Shown here one piece after another: positions 24,601 to 32,282 of a stretch of DNA of 64,000 nucleotides. Source of the DNA: Flectonema sp. DT1601. Its lineage: Eukaryota. The position numbers and the translations under genes were made by a program. Where the stretch lies: NCBI GenBank assembly GCA_964019425.1, contig OZ025801.1, positions 186,001 through 250,000 on the forward strand, in the 5' to 3' direction. Under the pieces are notes generated by a model. It did not search any database, had not been told where the DNA came from, and saw nothing but the letters and a program-made list of their open reading frames with translations. The first letter of the stretch is position 1. Every line of letters begins with the position of its first letter.

Positions 24601-24964
24601 GGTGTTGGCTCGATCAACAACATGGGATCAATTTAGATCACTTTGTACAGTTGAAGAGTTTTATAATAATGCGTACCTTGCGAGGGATGTGTATCTTGTT
24701 AGAGCATCGCCTTCACTTCGAGTTCCCGATGCAAAAATGAAATCTGACATCACTCGTGTTCAGCATTTGCATGACACGCTTGATATTGCGAGACTGATAT
24801 CCGATCCATCATTGCAAGTTAAATTATCTGAACTTGCTTTGGTCACTTCTTGGGATGAGTTTAGAGCGTTACTCACTCCGCAGTTATTTTATCAAAATGC
24901 CAGTTTTGCAAGGGACAGATGCCTTCTTTCTACTATTGGGTTCACTGTTTTACAATCTAAGTAG
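12620..24964 (+). CDS. VPS13: VPS13-family bridge-like lipid transfer protein, 4114 aa, single exon
   Basis: N-terminal chorein domain (LTKYLRKYV..LQLSLWSGELNL..IPWTRL..PVSITLEGV), WWHFSY, WEPLVES, VAB/SHR-BD-type repeats (PIWVRNQT, PRWVFQNKT, PYIIENRT), IQIDD and a Gly-rich amphipathic C-terminal region (IGNPGALLKGVTRGV). Confidence 0.93.
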   Translation: MLEQYATNWLTKYLRKYVRMGEQQQLQLSLWSGELNLSCLELNPDAIIPSGSPIVCERGFVKTLKVRIPWTRLQSEPVSITLEGVSILLRPKKGSKWDKETHEREAKEAKNAALELFEKGRLSKTEDNDEKQDEKTGFFSRIQDIVSSNIQVKVNNVHIKYEDCDIHPHNPISLGISFSSLSCVSTDQNWTPGFITHQQTLLYKLLSLEGLKVSLSPIQKSEMLVDKYSSGKALSDEQKNDFFSEIKSLISSTEYQILEPFGLFLRLRVQKGGVLNYSVPRVTSSVKINPVRLRLTRRQYIVLLNTIDYCNKFTEIDEFRRFRPTTRVHNHAKDWWHFSYKSVTHLIRERRNRRRYIPEETKQFRLLGEEYSSLWKREQRVPWLPSLTPLETIRLKQLHEELKLHHLTWWREVAYAELQVDSLQYEVQLKNKELPITSNSGTAAKQNTSWAGVFNPMGYLPSWRGRVESPPVDAVTELRESTWSETERKKLSAIGLLESTSQGWNQSGIQPPEGYIDHNFTCVVELAQVQLLSPSSILGELQIFDTQFRNGAHDSYKLSIGNLDITSNGDCLVTKIISDREEPLLATSVSNTSVSVALTPLDIVLDRNFVSKVVEFFKPPPQIDLMVQSTLRELATDQFRELIQSRSNTGFKLTADVSTVRIPFLAKSTDRNLPQTFDIVKSGGSAVKYQIPASSGSMIFSLESVVISSVMSSDGVSSSDYSVSCNTISVSTISGLGSQPQPMIFPFDVRMTVSRQLLSSELSALADISRINIKFSRQNLLMLLYISDLLTKLVNSLSPEIPESLTVDSRQCVQSCIDGFMYDQALLCTFQQCEKAEYKRAYPGVLLVYKNEVLCYGQSVEVFNIYHLRAVYKLGEAPFRVSQSGGDSDVVVELELPQAFGPTKKLILSNFVDEKSSVKALHCSLSGIQQRAVTGRKSRDASQSPKMILNFVLGELAVDLHGEDSDTRSCGFARLQFDEFKTKIIRRSHDMSVDLSLTSLCCSGSSSIPSEDGIFASAPRQDSDLPLVTMSYLTCAEQSSYWRKDGPDMRLKLAAQTLHLTLTPAFVAVSELLYDCLGVNKVACSTAVPVHYAAPYLFQPTRGDESKDPTRIDSQIESKMCCLKISCLDEVEEGSFKEFLNLSMTDAVFVVKLSESCTRVEGKLGNLQADECDFATGKITSLCSLADDCLEDNLTEFLYTSPNNVVCNGDTNAVVSGTVTAVLRQVRSTFHYSILQHVIIWGTTGSIVSGLQAVPSRLVTTTTTLPDDFTEEPSFHSIGGDQTTGGSFNSITASVDDVMKPKKISIIEMTLQLVNPLVSLPAMKTVERGEQLVADLGTVTVKTRLERTPLGTPITQMQMMLKKVSLRTTEGHIANELSFGLTTTQSLTTPIQTDAVSTMDFSVGRVHMSLSDSQWGLLMEVVAHNLMNTYKPLFSLPEVNPPPGLRAPVMSIRNFNASELILELQQSVTLKFTEVNLLMTEGDDSSGSTRGTLQRFCMETLGCKRPLVDFLVSNSSEAAVTADIISRKNSPTEINICLASPVVYLDPDLLLLAQDTLACEEAVSAMNHILQKSADNPSSSIPSQEPNSGEISAIFNAEMESLTIFGLKAEEDNKPFFKATASATKIRCSMGGEDRDMEVLMDLGDAHLYSVIGNTEEDVFGLPASDHGRDSLLKIAFVKNEITALDEPPITTAQITLQGLRVVVVSSFWKQFLLWTDPTEGPLSKISTIGMLKSERFRPLVTKLNQKTNVIINWHGPHAVIPQLGNRDKSLIATLGHLQLTHSDCGSDVLLKNVRVHHKGIAVDLPNTTDIDIVRDFDVEMHLSPNNNITTNIGTITVHLSNAQVRFVNYLIREQIDAMQSVLSTSLTEVSKPVGVDVDSSTSVSVDVHFSGLRLLIDDTTGGIHSPLTQLQMSTVVASYVSNPNSESLCKISLLSICVKDRSGVVTGADSTVVRTNPIQHDDHTESLPCLVIESSTDTTIKLRSIHFTLYPEYLVSIGKFIQACTAGMESVSPRREFDDKKNNTRNRTELIASLDQLTVGIHDGSRLLATMELAGGQINVRGGEDDALRISGLMSTVRVHDESTVGTQLPIVVQPSSERIVNTNNESNLFVFEMLLYSTPVSGYTRHVEASMNSLTFTYSAVFLKTMSEFISSKQVECVLTSFTTTDPIPEEVNVTTRSSKFPCLASVLIENPIIVIPENHKTRDGVILDLGRIAILTSMDSVTETLSVNVSNFGLSTTSSSVQVGNVISGSLIECTLVVSKSLDEMNVLKEVQNDISISCKPLQLLLDKNHWMQLLKVGKSLSNTETPKTTKQPTQLPRSSVLVNAKFNLPHVSVLLQNCGDPFVLFAVSGIAANLVDSPSMREQSAECCIAGAEVKQVWRQGSSYRSRNLLSRSDSATPHDSIFSMSLKTAEKISTSVLQVVMRARLPSFLFIPPLIRDFEDTLLGPYNEVFSKVGPISKVEEIVIEESLLLNEDLFLSPHKVLRLSSKKVNCIEIDGGSTRTMHLVREPGCTRHCIIIEDGLTVRLKNITIRSYCSVYGRGLLEDHCTIGDGSYWCVVGNTQIVSEIREVERPIQPSIKSSSNGSLKKIIDIRFDVLSGGIGISGNINKNSEKPQRCIMLNCTLREARYYSESVLSDASDVTSEVTVDELKAVHVLIQPPMPLHNPYEYNPSSLASQTTSSSDTAFIVEPTSAEMLYSDPGARAKSSKLQIIIPHVRMNLCLSDTRLVSEFSQSLSVFNRVETERDKGQNHANDKKINMGTNIGEFQLRVIDDSRGKPLPVGEIFLKGVAVSSQFDSDSNDNKIGALASPSVNFYNSDLCEWEPLVESCDVEIKIKKSEISNVVEISTTRVNTNITPAVFKCAQRTSKLLSLMKATPLPRQAAYELLNETGRDLCIYTGCDETVGMKTIKPGCSLSFDTSKIKIKTAVVMNQKSLEDLHEPISGEKIQNPWHEISIAAVGVFDIGNGFLTDIINKESCRQITYRTPVVLKNDLFSTGFHITGVGAVKSNGSICIPHDRLTKSEGFSLRPLSGFYKEATLGYSCGNLGFLPKKWTSFTVRCPASIESESDMCFLCTISSQPAMSNTAKSTPVHDVVVRLRPIFKIVNQLPIKIEVTASVDNRLISGEIPSLGGVFELTQAGHNWPNCKIKMSISAMVGGSRVQTTREVLVYHPSEGERSTSCLMIDKESGSEFCPLLSYSKSNKYGVVIYAPIWVRNQTEYDFQIYCLDSVVGSLVEGVHKNNTPCPIAPKPSRSDPQAGIKRLFLRLDKLDGAVAPIPLQTASMTSSCSVSLKHPKVDLLDCNIGCHIDTVHWGSAVSEFPCSVKIVNLVPRWVFQNKTSSEVSVRIVLPAGTRPAFIVKSHESRQCCSSSRHNDSRIEVRFTSDSSTSNRFSRPFSVSREHTLDLRLNFEPRCGETFIPTRGIFKGNTAPDGSPEYFNVIRVSTQEVNGCMNVTFTDCVVPPYIIENRTKYPMKFWLQGLQPPFKRTLPPLSTVPYALDDPFLPPKLVVSVCSQGDSLLKEVAVRLDKPAVDRQKVVLGSGASPIWIKVRYSKAALTSVLAITEEHYLPGKGGSGGTTQKGRTSITNISLAGIGLSVSLPMRLQDILYMSISKIIINIKPEVESHIAILAGDIQIDDVSSNNPTYPVILQRKVDRFGDDNSAPSPFLLIEFLQNHQTSEIIVARLLRMQLTPMRICMTDDTLALLLLFYIDVCEVTKFSDPERWKDFSYIIPSGVGGGDPGEKSFFNKKASIEDLTIHPIDILGTLTRTSSNQDIIAYVTSRYWWFNYLVTIDNTTLSWDSCHYPDINEPVGVVINRILSMYKHRLFSYSHLGKIASSMGIIGNPGALLKGVTRGVTGLITHSYNDLSVGGATKGVKSFIGNMGSGLAESLTSFTRTASRNVGSFGVLDAFSNGIDWYAGLSLTGYNRLREMRYFKPAGILVPYTTDCPNSIDETSITEYDFVKEIQECKSLIQKGVSGAILKQQCSMWVLARSTTWDQFRSLCTVEEFYNNAYLARDVYLVRASPSLRVPDAKMKSDITRVQHLHDTLDIARLISDPSLQVKLSELALVTSWDEFRALLTPQLFYQNASFARDRCLLSTIGFTVLQSK

Positions 24965-25267
24965 GTAAGTTTGACGAGTTCCACTGATATCTTACTACAG
25001 TTGTTTAGTTTTTGTTATTTTGTGTTGCTTTTTTTATTTGGATTTAAAAAAAAAAAAAAAAATCTTTGAGAAAAATAGAAAAAAAAAAAAAGAAAAAAAA
25101 AAAGTGTGATTCTCTGGAGAAAAAAAAAAAAGAGAACAGAGTTTTTGAGTAGAAAAATCGTCCAGGCCACTACCTGCCTATCTTGCCTGAGAACTGATTA
25201 AATTTTTTTTAGGGAGAAACCTCTTATGTTTGGAGGTTTTTTACTTTTTTGGAAACTTAAAAAAAAA

Positions 25268-25298
<31 letters not shown>

Positions 25299-25811
25299 GA
25301 GAGGGGATAGGTAATTCATCTACAAACAGTTTTATTTATTTATTTTTAATTCTCCTCTTCTATTCACAAACCGGTACGACTAGCGTTGAATACTGTGGTT
25401 GTTGTGGTGCAGCCAATATTTGTGTGTCAGGCCTACAGTTACTTTTTCGCCCACAAGCGAAGGGCCTGTCCTTTTTATTATGCTCATTTGAGTATTTATG
25501 TATTACCTCGTTGCGAAGGTTTTTTTCTTTTCCATGTCACTCAATTTTTCTTTGTTTTTTTTTGATAGCGTAAAAATAATTCAAACATGCCGAAATTCTG
25601 GAGAAAATTACCCACCGAAAACTTAACATCATTCCTCCCTACCACGATCTAGATATACTCAGAACTGACATGACAGCTGATGTCCAGATTGCAGAATCAG
25701 AACCTTTCCTCAGTAGTCAAGTACAATTCTTTTTTCAGTATCTTTGTTCTGACTTATCCAACCAAACATCTTCAGCTTATCATTTCAAACAGTTTACTTA
25801 TATTTAAAGAA

Positions 25812-28800
25812 ATGAGAATTTTGATATTCTGCTTGGTAGCTTCCATAGTTCAGAGTCAGCCTACTGCTGATTGCGGAACATTGAAGTGCGGTACCGGATA
25901 CGTCTGTGAGATGTTGCAGAGCGGTAACGGTGCTTACCCAGAATGTGTTGTAATGATGGCTCCAGCTAATGATTGTGCAAGCCTTAATTGCCTTCCTGGA
26001 ACTGTCTGTGAGTTGATTCAGGGCAGTTCCGGTTCTTTCTATGAATGTGTTGCAAAGATGGCTCCAGTTGTTGACTGTGCTAACGTGAAATGCCAAGCTG
26101 GATATGTTTGCGAAGTAATCCAGAACGCTGCTGGTATTCTCCCAGAATGTGTTCCAGTTCCAACTTCCGACTGTTCAACTATCAAGTGCCTTGCAGGAAC
26201 CGTCTGTCAAATGCTTAAGGGCAGCAACGGTTCTAATCCAGTGTGTGTTACTCCAGCAAATGATTGTGCAAGCCTTAATTGCCTTCCTGGAACTGTCTGT
26301 GAATTGAATCTAGGCAGCACCGGTATTTATTATGAATGTGTTGCAAAGATGGCTCCAGTTGTTAACTGTGACTTGAAATGCCAAGCTGGATATGTTTGTG
26401 AAATAATCAAGAACGCCGCCGGTATTCTCCCAGAATGTGTTCCAGTTCCAACTTCCGACTGTTCAACTTTCAAATGTCTTGCAGGAACCGTCTGTCAAAT
26501 GTTTAAGGGAAGCAACGGTGCTTACCCAGAGTGTGTTTCTCCAGCTAATGATTGTGCAAGCCTTAATTGCCTTCCTGGGACTGTCTGTGAGTTGATTCAG
26601 GGCAGTTCCGGTTCTTTCTATGAATGTGTTGCAAAGATGGCTCCAGTTGTTGACTGTGCTAACGTGAAATGCCAAGCTGGATATGTTTGCGAGGTAATCA
26701 AGAACGCCGCCGGTATTCTCCCAGAATGTGTTCCAGTTCCAACTTCCGACTGTTCAACTATCAAGTGCCTTGCAGGAACCGTCTGTCAAATGTTTAAGGG
26801 AAGCAACGGTGCTTACCCAGAGTGTGTTACTCCAGCTAATGATTGTGCAAGCCTTAATTGCCTTCCTGGAACTGTCTGTGAGTTGATTCAGGGCAGTTCC
26901 GGTTCTTTCTATGAATGTGTTGCAAAGATGGCTCCAGTTGTTGACTGTGCTAACGTGAAATGCCAAGCTGGATATGTTTGCGAGGTAATCAAGAACGCCG
27001 CCGGTATTCTCCCAGAATGTGTTCCAGTTCCAACTTCCGACTGTTCAACTATCAAGTGCCTTGCAGGAACCGTCTGTCAAATGCTTAAGGGCAGCAACGG
27101 TTCTAATCCAGTGTGTGTTACTCCAGCAAATGATTGTGCAAGCCTTAATTGCCTTCCTGGAACTGTCTGTGAATTGAATCTGGGCAGGACCGCTATTTAT
27201 TATGAATGTGTTGCAAAGATGGCTCCAGTTGTTAACTGTGACTTGAAATGCCAAGCTGGATATGTTTGTGAAATAATCAAGAACGCCGCCGGTATTCTCC
27301 CAGAATGTGTTCCAGTTCCAACTTCCGACTGTTCAACTATCAAGTGCCTTGCAGGAACCGTCTGTCAAATGCTTAAGGGCAGCAACGGTTCTAATACAGT
27401 GTGTGTTACTCCAGCAAATGATTGTGCAAGCCTTAATTGCCTTCCTGGAACTGTCTGTGAGTTGATTCAGGGCAGTTCCGGTTCTTTCTATGAATGTGTT
27501 GCAAAGATGGCTCCAGTTGTTGACTGTGCTAACGTGAAATGCCAAGCTGGATATGTTTGCGAGGTAATCAAGAACGCTGCTGGTATTCTCCCAGAATGTG
27601 TTCCAGTTCCAACTTCCGACTGTTCAACTTTCAAGTGCCTTGCAGGAACCGTCTGTCAAATGTTTAAGGGAAGCAACGGTGCTTACCCAGAGTGTGTTCC
27701 TCCAGCTAATGATTGTGCAAGCCTTAATTGCCTTCCTGGGACTGTCTGTGAGTTGATTCAGGGCAGTTCCGGTTCTTTCTATGAATGTGTTGCAAAGATG
27801 GCTCCAGTTGTTGACTGTGCTAACGTGAAATGCCAAGCTGGATATGTTTGCGAGGTAATCAAGAACGCCGCCGGTATTCTCCCAGAATGTGTTCCAGTTC
27901 CAACTTCCGACTGTTCAACTATCAAGTGCCTTGCAGGAACCGTCTGTCAAATGCTTAAGGGCAGCAACGGTTCTAATCCAGTGTGTGTTACTCCAGCAAA
28001 TGATTGTGCAAGCCTTAATTGCCTTCCTGGAACTGTCTGTGAATTGAATCTGGGCAGGACCGCTATTTATTATGAATGTGTTGCAAAGATGGCTCCAGTT
28101 GTTAACTGTGACTTGAAATGCCAAGCTGGATATGTTTGTGAAATAATCAAGAACGCCGCCGGTATTCTCCCAGAATGTGTTCCAGTTCCAACTTCCGACT
28201 GTTCAACTTTCAAATGTCTTGCAGGAACCGTCTGTCAAATGTTTAAGGGAAGCAACGGTTCTAATCCAGTGTGTGTTACTCCAGCAAATGATTGTGCAAG
28301 CCTTAATTGCCTTCCTGGAACTGTCTGTGAATTGAATCTTGGCAGGACCGCTATTTATTATGAATGTGTTGCAAAGATGGCTCCAGTTGTTAACTGTGAC
28401 TTGAAATGCCAAGCTGGATATGTTTGTGAAATAATCAAGAACGCCGCCGGTATTCTCCCAGAATGTGTTCCAGTTCCAACTTCCGACTGTTCAACATTCA
28501 AGTGCCTTGCAGGAACCGTCTGTCAAATGTTTAAGGGAAGCAACGGTGCTTACCCAGAGTGTGTTTCTCCAGCTAATGATTGTGCAAGCCTTAATTGCCT
28601 TCCTGGAACTGTCTGTGAGTTGATTCAGGGCAGTTCCGGTTCTTTCTATGAATGTGTTGCAAAGATGGCTCCAGTTGTTGACTGTGCTAACGTGAAATGC
28701 CAAGGTGGATATGTTTGCGAGGTAATCAAGAACGCTGCTGGTATTCTCCCAGAATGTGTTCCAGTTCCAACTTCAGACTGTTCAACTTTCAAGTGCCTTG

Positions 28801-31800
28801 CAGGAACATTTTGTAAAATGTTTAAGAATAGCTACGGTGCTTACCCGGAGTGTGTTTCTCCAGCAAATGATTGTGCAAGCCTTAATTGCCTTCCAGGAAC
28901 TGTCTGTGAGTTTATTCAGGGCAGTTCCGGTTCTTTCTATGAATGTGTTGCAAAGATGGCTCCAGTTGTTGACTGTGCTAACGTGAAATGCCAAGCTGGA
29001 TATGTTTGCGAGGTAATCAAGAACGCTGCTGGTATTCTCCCAGAATGTGTTCCAGTTCCAACTTCAGACTGTTCAACTTTCAAGTGCCTTGCAGGAACAT
29101 TTTGTAAAATGTTTAATAATAGCTACGGTGCTTACCCAGAGTGTGTTGCTCCAGCAAATGATTGTGCAAGCCTTAATTGCCTTCCTGGAACTATCTGTGA
29201 ATTGAATCTTGGTGGTAACGATATTTTTTATGAATGTGTTGCAAAGAATGCTCCAGTTGTTAACTGTGACTTGAAATGCCAAGCTGGATATGTTTGTGAA
29301 ATAATCAAGAACGCCGCCAGTATTCTCCCAGAATGTGTTCCAGTTCCAACTTCCGACTGTTCAACTATCAAGTGCCTTGCAGGAGCCGTCTGTCAAATGT
29401 TTAAGGGAAGCAACGGTGCTTACCCAGAGTGTGTTTCTCCAGCTAATGATTGTGCAAGCCTTAATTGCCTTCCTGGAACTGTCTGTGAGTTGATTCAGGG
29501 CAGTTCCGGTTCTTTCTATGAATGTGTTGCAAAGATGGCTCCAGTTGTTGACTGTGCTAACGTGAAATGCCAAGCTGGATATGTTTGCGAAGTAATCCAG
29601 AACGCCGCCGGTATTCTCCCAGAATGTGTTCCAATTCCAACTTCCGACTGTTCAACTTTCAAATGCCTTGCAGGAACCGTCTGTCAAATGTTTAAGGGAA
29701 GCAACGGTGCTTACCCAGAGTGTGTTTCTCCAGCTAATGATTGTGCAAGCCTTAATTGCCTTCCTGGAACTGTCTGTGAGTTGATGCAGGTCAGTACTGG
29801 TTCTTTCTATGAGTGTTTTCCTGATGTTCGTAATCAAAACTGTGATAAGGATGATGACTGTGAAGCTGATGAATTCTGTCGTACGAAATCTCTCAGTTCA
29901 GGGAAGTGTGGAACTGAAATGGTTTGTGTGAAGAGATCCGAGGAAGGAGAGTCTTGTGGAGGATTCAAACCATCCTGTGAATATGATATTTGTTTATCAT
30001 CATTGAAATGTATTGCGAAGGAAGACAATATTAACCTCCCTGGAAGTTGTATGAAATCTGAACTCTCGGAAGGTGACATTTGTCGTGTTGACAGCAAGAT
30101 GATCATTTCAATGGATCGTAGTTCTGATTGCCCTGCAGGAACGAAGTGTACGAGAGATGTGAATTCGAAAGAATGGCTCTGTGTAAAGAGTAACGCAATC
30201 AGATGCAACCCGTCTTCATGTAAAGAAGGTGAGTATTGTTCTGTTGAAGGAGGTAATGTAAAATGTATAGCCCCTGGAATTGATAAGAAGTGTGACCTGA
30301 AGACAAACGATGTAGTTTTGTGTGGAAGTGGTAGAACATGCAAGAAGGGGTTTTCTTGCAGTGGATGTCAGCAGACTTGCAAGTGCGATGTGAACGGGAA
30401 GAAGGTGTGCAGCAGGGATTGCAGACCATCGTGCGAAGGAATTGAAGAGAAGTCGGAGTGTCTTGCGGAGTCGGTGTCGAAATGGAACTCGTTGGGATGC
30501 AAGACTTTCAGTTGCTACAATTCTGTGAAATCACCTTCTCTGGAAGAGATGAGGTATTGCTGTGAGAAGACTGGTAGGTACTGCAAGGAAGACGAGAAAG
30601 ATCAGTTTGACTGCAGATCAGACCCAAAGGGATGGAGATTTGCTCAGAGAAAGTGGTGCTGTGAAGAAAAACAAGTGGGATGTCCAATAGCAATGTATGA
30701 CTGCAGTGTTGATGATGCGTCGATGGAGATTGTGAAGAACGCTGAGGGATTGTTGCAGACTTCGGTTGTGGACGTGACGATGTGGGAGGAGAAGAAGGCT
30801 GCGTACTGCTGTGAGAAGTTCCAAGTCGGATGCGTTGTTGACGAGGATGCGTTCGATTGCGAGTGGAGTGAGAAGACTGTTGCTGCTTGGAGTGAAGAAC
30901 AATCGGATTGGTGCTGTTCTGTGAAGGGAGTTCGTTGTCCGGATGCTGCGGCAGCGGATGTGAAGGTGAACGAGAAGTGCCAAGTAATGCGTGCAGAACG
31001 TGCATCGTGGGATGAGCTGACGAGAATGGATTGTTGTCTCAGCGATGGTGTCGGTTGTGCGACGGAGAAGTTCAACTGCTTCAGCGATTCGAAGGCAATG
31101 TCCGATTGGGGAAGTGATCAGGTTGACTGGTGTTGTAACGAAGAGAACATCGCGTGTTCAGTTGACTGCCGAGCTGATGCGGACCTTCTCAGCGAGGAAG
31201 ACAAGGAGGGTTGCTGCAAGTCCAAGGGCCTTCACTGCAAGTCGAGTGGGACCTCGGGTGGGGATGATGAAGTAGTAGGCAGCCAGGGGAAGACAAACAA
31301 CAAAAGGAAATCCTTCCGTCTGTCATTCAAGGGATCGTATTCAAAGATTATGGAAAACCCGAAGAGGTTTCTAAGAAAGTTAAGAAGAACCATCCTGCGA
31401 GTTACAAAAGAATTGGAGTCATCGAATGTGATGATCAAGTACGTTGGGAGTCTGATGAAAGACAACATTGTTCCTGCTAAGGATGTGAGAGAGAAGTGGG
31501 GTACTTCTATTCCTTCATCGTGGAACACTGAATTGTTTGAAAAGGAGTTGAGTAAAAACAGGGAAGTGAAGACTCTCGGACACGGTGTCAGCTCAACAAA
31601 GGAACAGCAGTCTGTTGGAGATTCCGGGATGTTCGTTGATTTCGAAGTCACTGACGAGAGTGCTGCTGTATTGAATACCGCTGTAACTGAGTCAGGTAAA
31701 GGCACAGGTCTACTTAGAGACAATGGTGACGGGAGCACTTTGATAATGGAACCTGTTGGAAACGGAATGGAATCTCTCGATTCTCCGAAAACATCAACAG

Positions 31801-32045
31801 AAGACAGTGTCGTAAAGGAAGGCATCGACGACAGCAGTAGTAGTAGCAGCAACAACAATAACATTATATACATTATTGTTGGTGTTGTTGCTTCCTTGTG
31901 CTTGGGAGGTGCTCTGGTTGCCTTCACTGTCTACCGAAGGCAACAAAACAACAAAACTGAGAGCGACAGTTTCCTCACTTCTATGCAGGAGCTGGAGGCC
32001 AGCAATACCAATGACAGAATCACTTCCACTGTTACCAGGGTGTGA
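25812..32045 (+). CDS. Gene A copy 1: Cys-rich repetitive type I membrane/surface protein (2077 aa from the signal-peptide Met)
   Basis: Signal peptide MRILIFCLVASIVQS; 13 repeats of 96/97 aa, each made of three 4-Cys modules (C-x3/4-C-x2-G-x2-C-x12-C, follistatin-N-like spacing); further Cys domains including W..x..WCC....GC repeats; TM IIYIIVGVVASLCLGGALVAFTVY followed by RR; short tail ending TVTRV. The ATG at 25812 is chosen because it aligns with the start of all other copies. Confidence 0.9.
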   Translation: MRILIFCLVASIVQSQPTADCGTLKCGTGYVCEMLQSGNGAYPECVVMMAPANDCASLNCLPGTVCELIQGSSGSFYECVAKMAPVVDCANVKCQAGYVCEVIQNAAGILPECVPVPTSDCSTIKCLAGTVCQMLKGSNGSNPVCVTPANDCASLNCLPGTVCELNLGSTGIYYECVAKMAPVVNCDLKCQAGYVCEIIKNAAGILPECVPVPTSDCSTFKCLAGTVCQMFKGSNGAYPECVSPANDCASLNCLPGTVCELIQGSSGSFYECVAKMAPVVDCANVKCQAGYVCEVIKNAAGILPECVPVPTSDCSTIKCLAGTVCQMFKGSNGAYPECVTPANDCASLNCLPGTVCELIQGSSGSFYECVAKMAPVVDCANVKCQAGYVCEVIKNAAGILPECVPVPTSDCSTIKCLAGTVCQMLKGSNGSNPVCVTPANDCASLNCLPGTVCELNLGRTAIYYECVAKMAPVVNCDLKCQAGYVCEIIKNAAGILPECVPVPTSDCSTIKCLAGTVCQMLKGSNGSNTVCVTPANDCASLNCLPGTVCELIQGSSGSFYECVAKMAPVVDCANVKCQAGYVCEVIKNAAGILPECVPVPTSDCSTFKCLAGTVCQMFKGSNGAYPECVPPANDCASLNCLPGTVCELIQGSSGSFYECVAKMAPVVDCANVKCQAGYVCEVIKNAAGILPECVPVPTSDCSTIKCLAGTVCQMLKGSNGSNPVCVTPANDCASLNCLPGTVCELNLGRTAIYYECVAKMAPVVNCDLKCQAGYVCEIIKNAAGILPECVPVPTSDCSTFKCLAGTVCQMFKGSNGSNPVCVTPANDCASLNCLPGTVCELNLGRTAIYYECVAKMAPVVNCDLKCQAGYVCEIIKNAAGILPECVPVPTSDCSTFKCLAGTVCQMFKGSNGAYPECVSPANDCASLNCLPGTVCELIQGSSGSFYECVAKMAPVVDCANVKCQGGYVCEVIKNAAGILPECVPVPTSDCSTFKCLAGTFCKMFKNSYGAYPECVSPANDCASLNCLPGTVCEFIQGSSGSFYECVAKMAPVVDCANVKCQAGYVCEVIKNAAGILPECVPVPTSDCSTFKCLAGTFCKMFNNSYGAYPECVAPANDCASLNCLPGTICELNLGGNDIFYECVAKNAPVVNCDLKCQAGYVCEIIKNAASILPECVPVPTSDCSTIKCLAGAVCQMFKGSNGAYPECVSPANDCASLNCLPGTVCELIQGSSGSFYECVAKMAPVVDCANVKCQAGYVCEVIQNAAGILPECVPIPTSDCSTFKCLAGTVCQMFKGSNGAYPECVSPANDCASLNCLPGTVCELMQVSTGSFYECFPDVRNQNCDKDDDCEADEFCRTKSLSSGKCGTEMVCVKRSEEGESCGGFKPSCEYDICLSSLKCIAKEDNINLPGSCMKSELSEGDICRVDSKMIISMDRSSDCPAGTKCTRDVNSKEWLCVKSNAIRCNPSSCKEGEYCSVEGGNVKCIAPGIDKKCDLKTNDVVLCGSGRTCKKGFSCSGCQQTCKCDVNGKKVCSRDCRPSCEGIEEKSECLAESVSKWNSLGCKTFSCYNSVKSPSLEEMRYCCEKTGRYCKEDEKDQFDCRSDPKGWRFAQRKWCCEEKQVGCPIAMYDCSVDDASMEIVKNAEGLLQTSVVDVTMWEEKKAAYCCEKFQVGCVVDEDAFDCEWSEKTVAAWSEEQSDWCCSVKGVRCPDAAAADVKVNEKCQVMRAERASWDELTRMDCCLSDGVGCATEKFNCFSDSKAMSDWGSDQVDWCCNEENIACSVDCRADADLLSEEDKEGCCKSKGLHCKSSGTSGGDDEVVGSQGKTNNKRKSFRLSFKGSYSKIMENPKRFLRKLRRTILRVTKELESSNVMIKYVGSLMKDNIVPAKDVREKWGTSIPSSWNTELFEKELSKNREVKTLGHGVSSTKEQQSVGDSGMFVDFEVTDESAAVLNTAVTESGKGTGLLRDNGDGSTLIMEPVGNGMESLDSPKTSTEDSVVKEGIDDSSSSSSNNNNIIYIIVGVVASLCLGGALVAFTVYRRQQNNKTESDSFLTSMQELEASNTNDRITSTVTRV
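25870..29820 (+). repeat. Intragenic coding tandem repeat, 288/291-bp unit (three ~96-bp subunits); also in A2 (~38500..42730), A3 (~51360..54130) and A4 (~61210..64000)
   Basis: TSDCS..KCLAGTVC / ANDCASLNCLPGTVC / VVDCANVKCQAGYVC modules recur at 288- or 291-nt spacing. Confidence 0.97.
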
Positions 32046-32139
32046 ACAAAACGTTGGTTTGTTGACTTCTGCTTCTTAGTTTCTTTTTTCAATAAATAAA
32101 AGTGGCTTAACTGCTTTTTGTTTTTTTTTATTATACACT

Positions 32140-32282
32140 GAAAGCAAACAAAAACAACAAAACTGAGAGCGATAGTTTCTTCTCTTCTATTCAGGAGCTG
32201 GAGGTCATCTATTCCAATGACACAATCACTTCCACTATTACTGGTGTGTGAACAAAACGTTGGTTTGGTTGACTTCTGCTTC
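32140..32282 (+). repeat. Diverged direct duplicate of gene A 3' end (last ~33 codons plus start of 3'UTR); also at ~45054..45195 and ~54768..54910
   Basis: Reads NNKTESDSFFSSIQELEVIYSNDTITSTITGV-stop, versus NNKTESDSFLTSMQELEASNTNDRITSTVTRV-stop in A, followed by the same ACAAAACGTTGGTTTG..GACTTCTGCTTC sequence. Confidence 0.85.

Noticed and set aside
25680..25811. 44-aa N-terminal extension of A1 in the ORF track
   Set aside because: It is absent from the other copies and would bury the signal peptide. The ATG at 25812 matches all paralogues.
25870..29820. Regularly spaced repeats resembling a CRISPR array
   Set aside because: The repeats are contiguous, in-frame protein-coding units without unique spacers. 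The context is eukaryotic and there are no cas genes.
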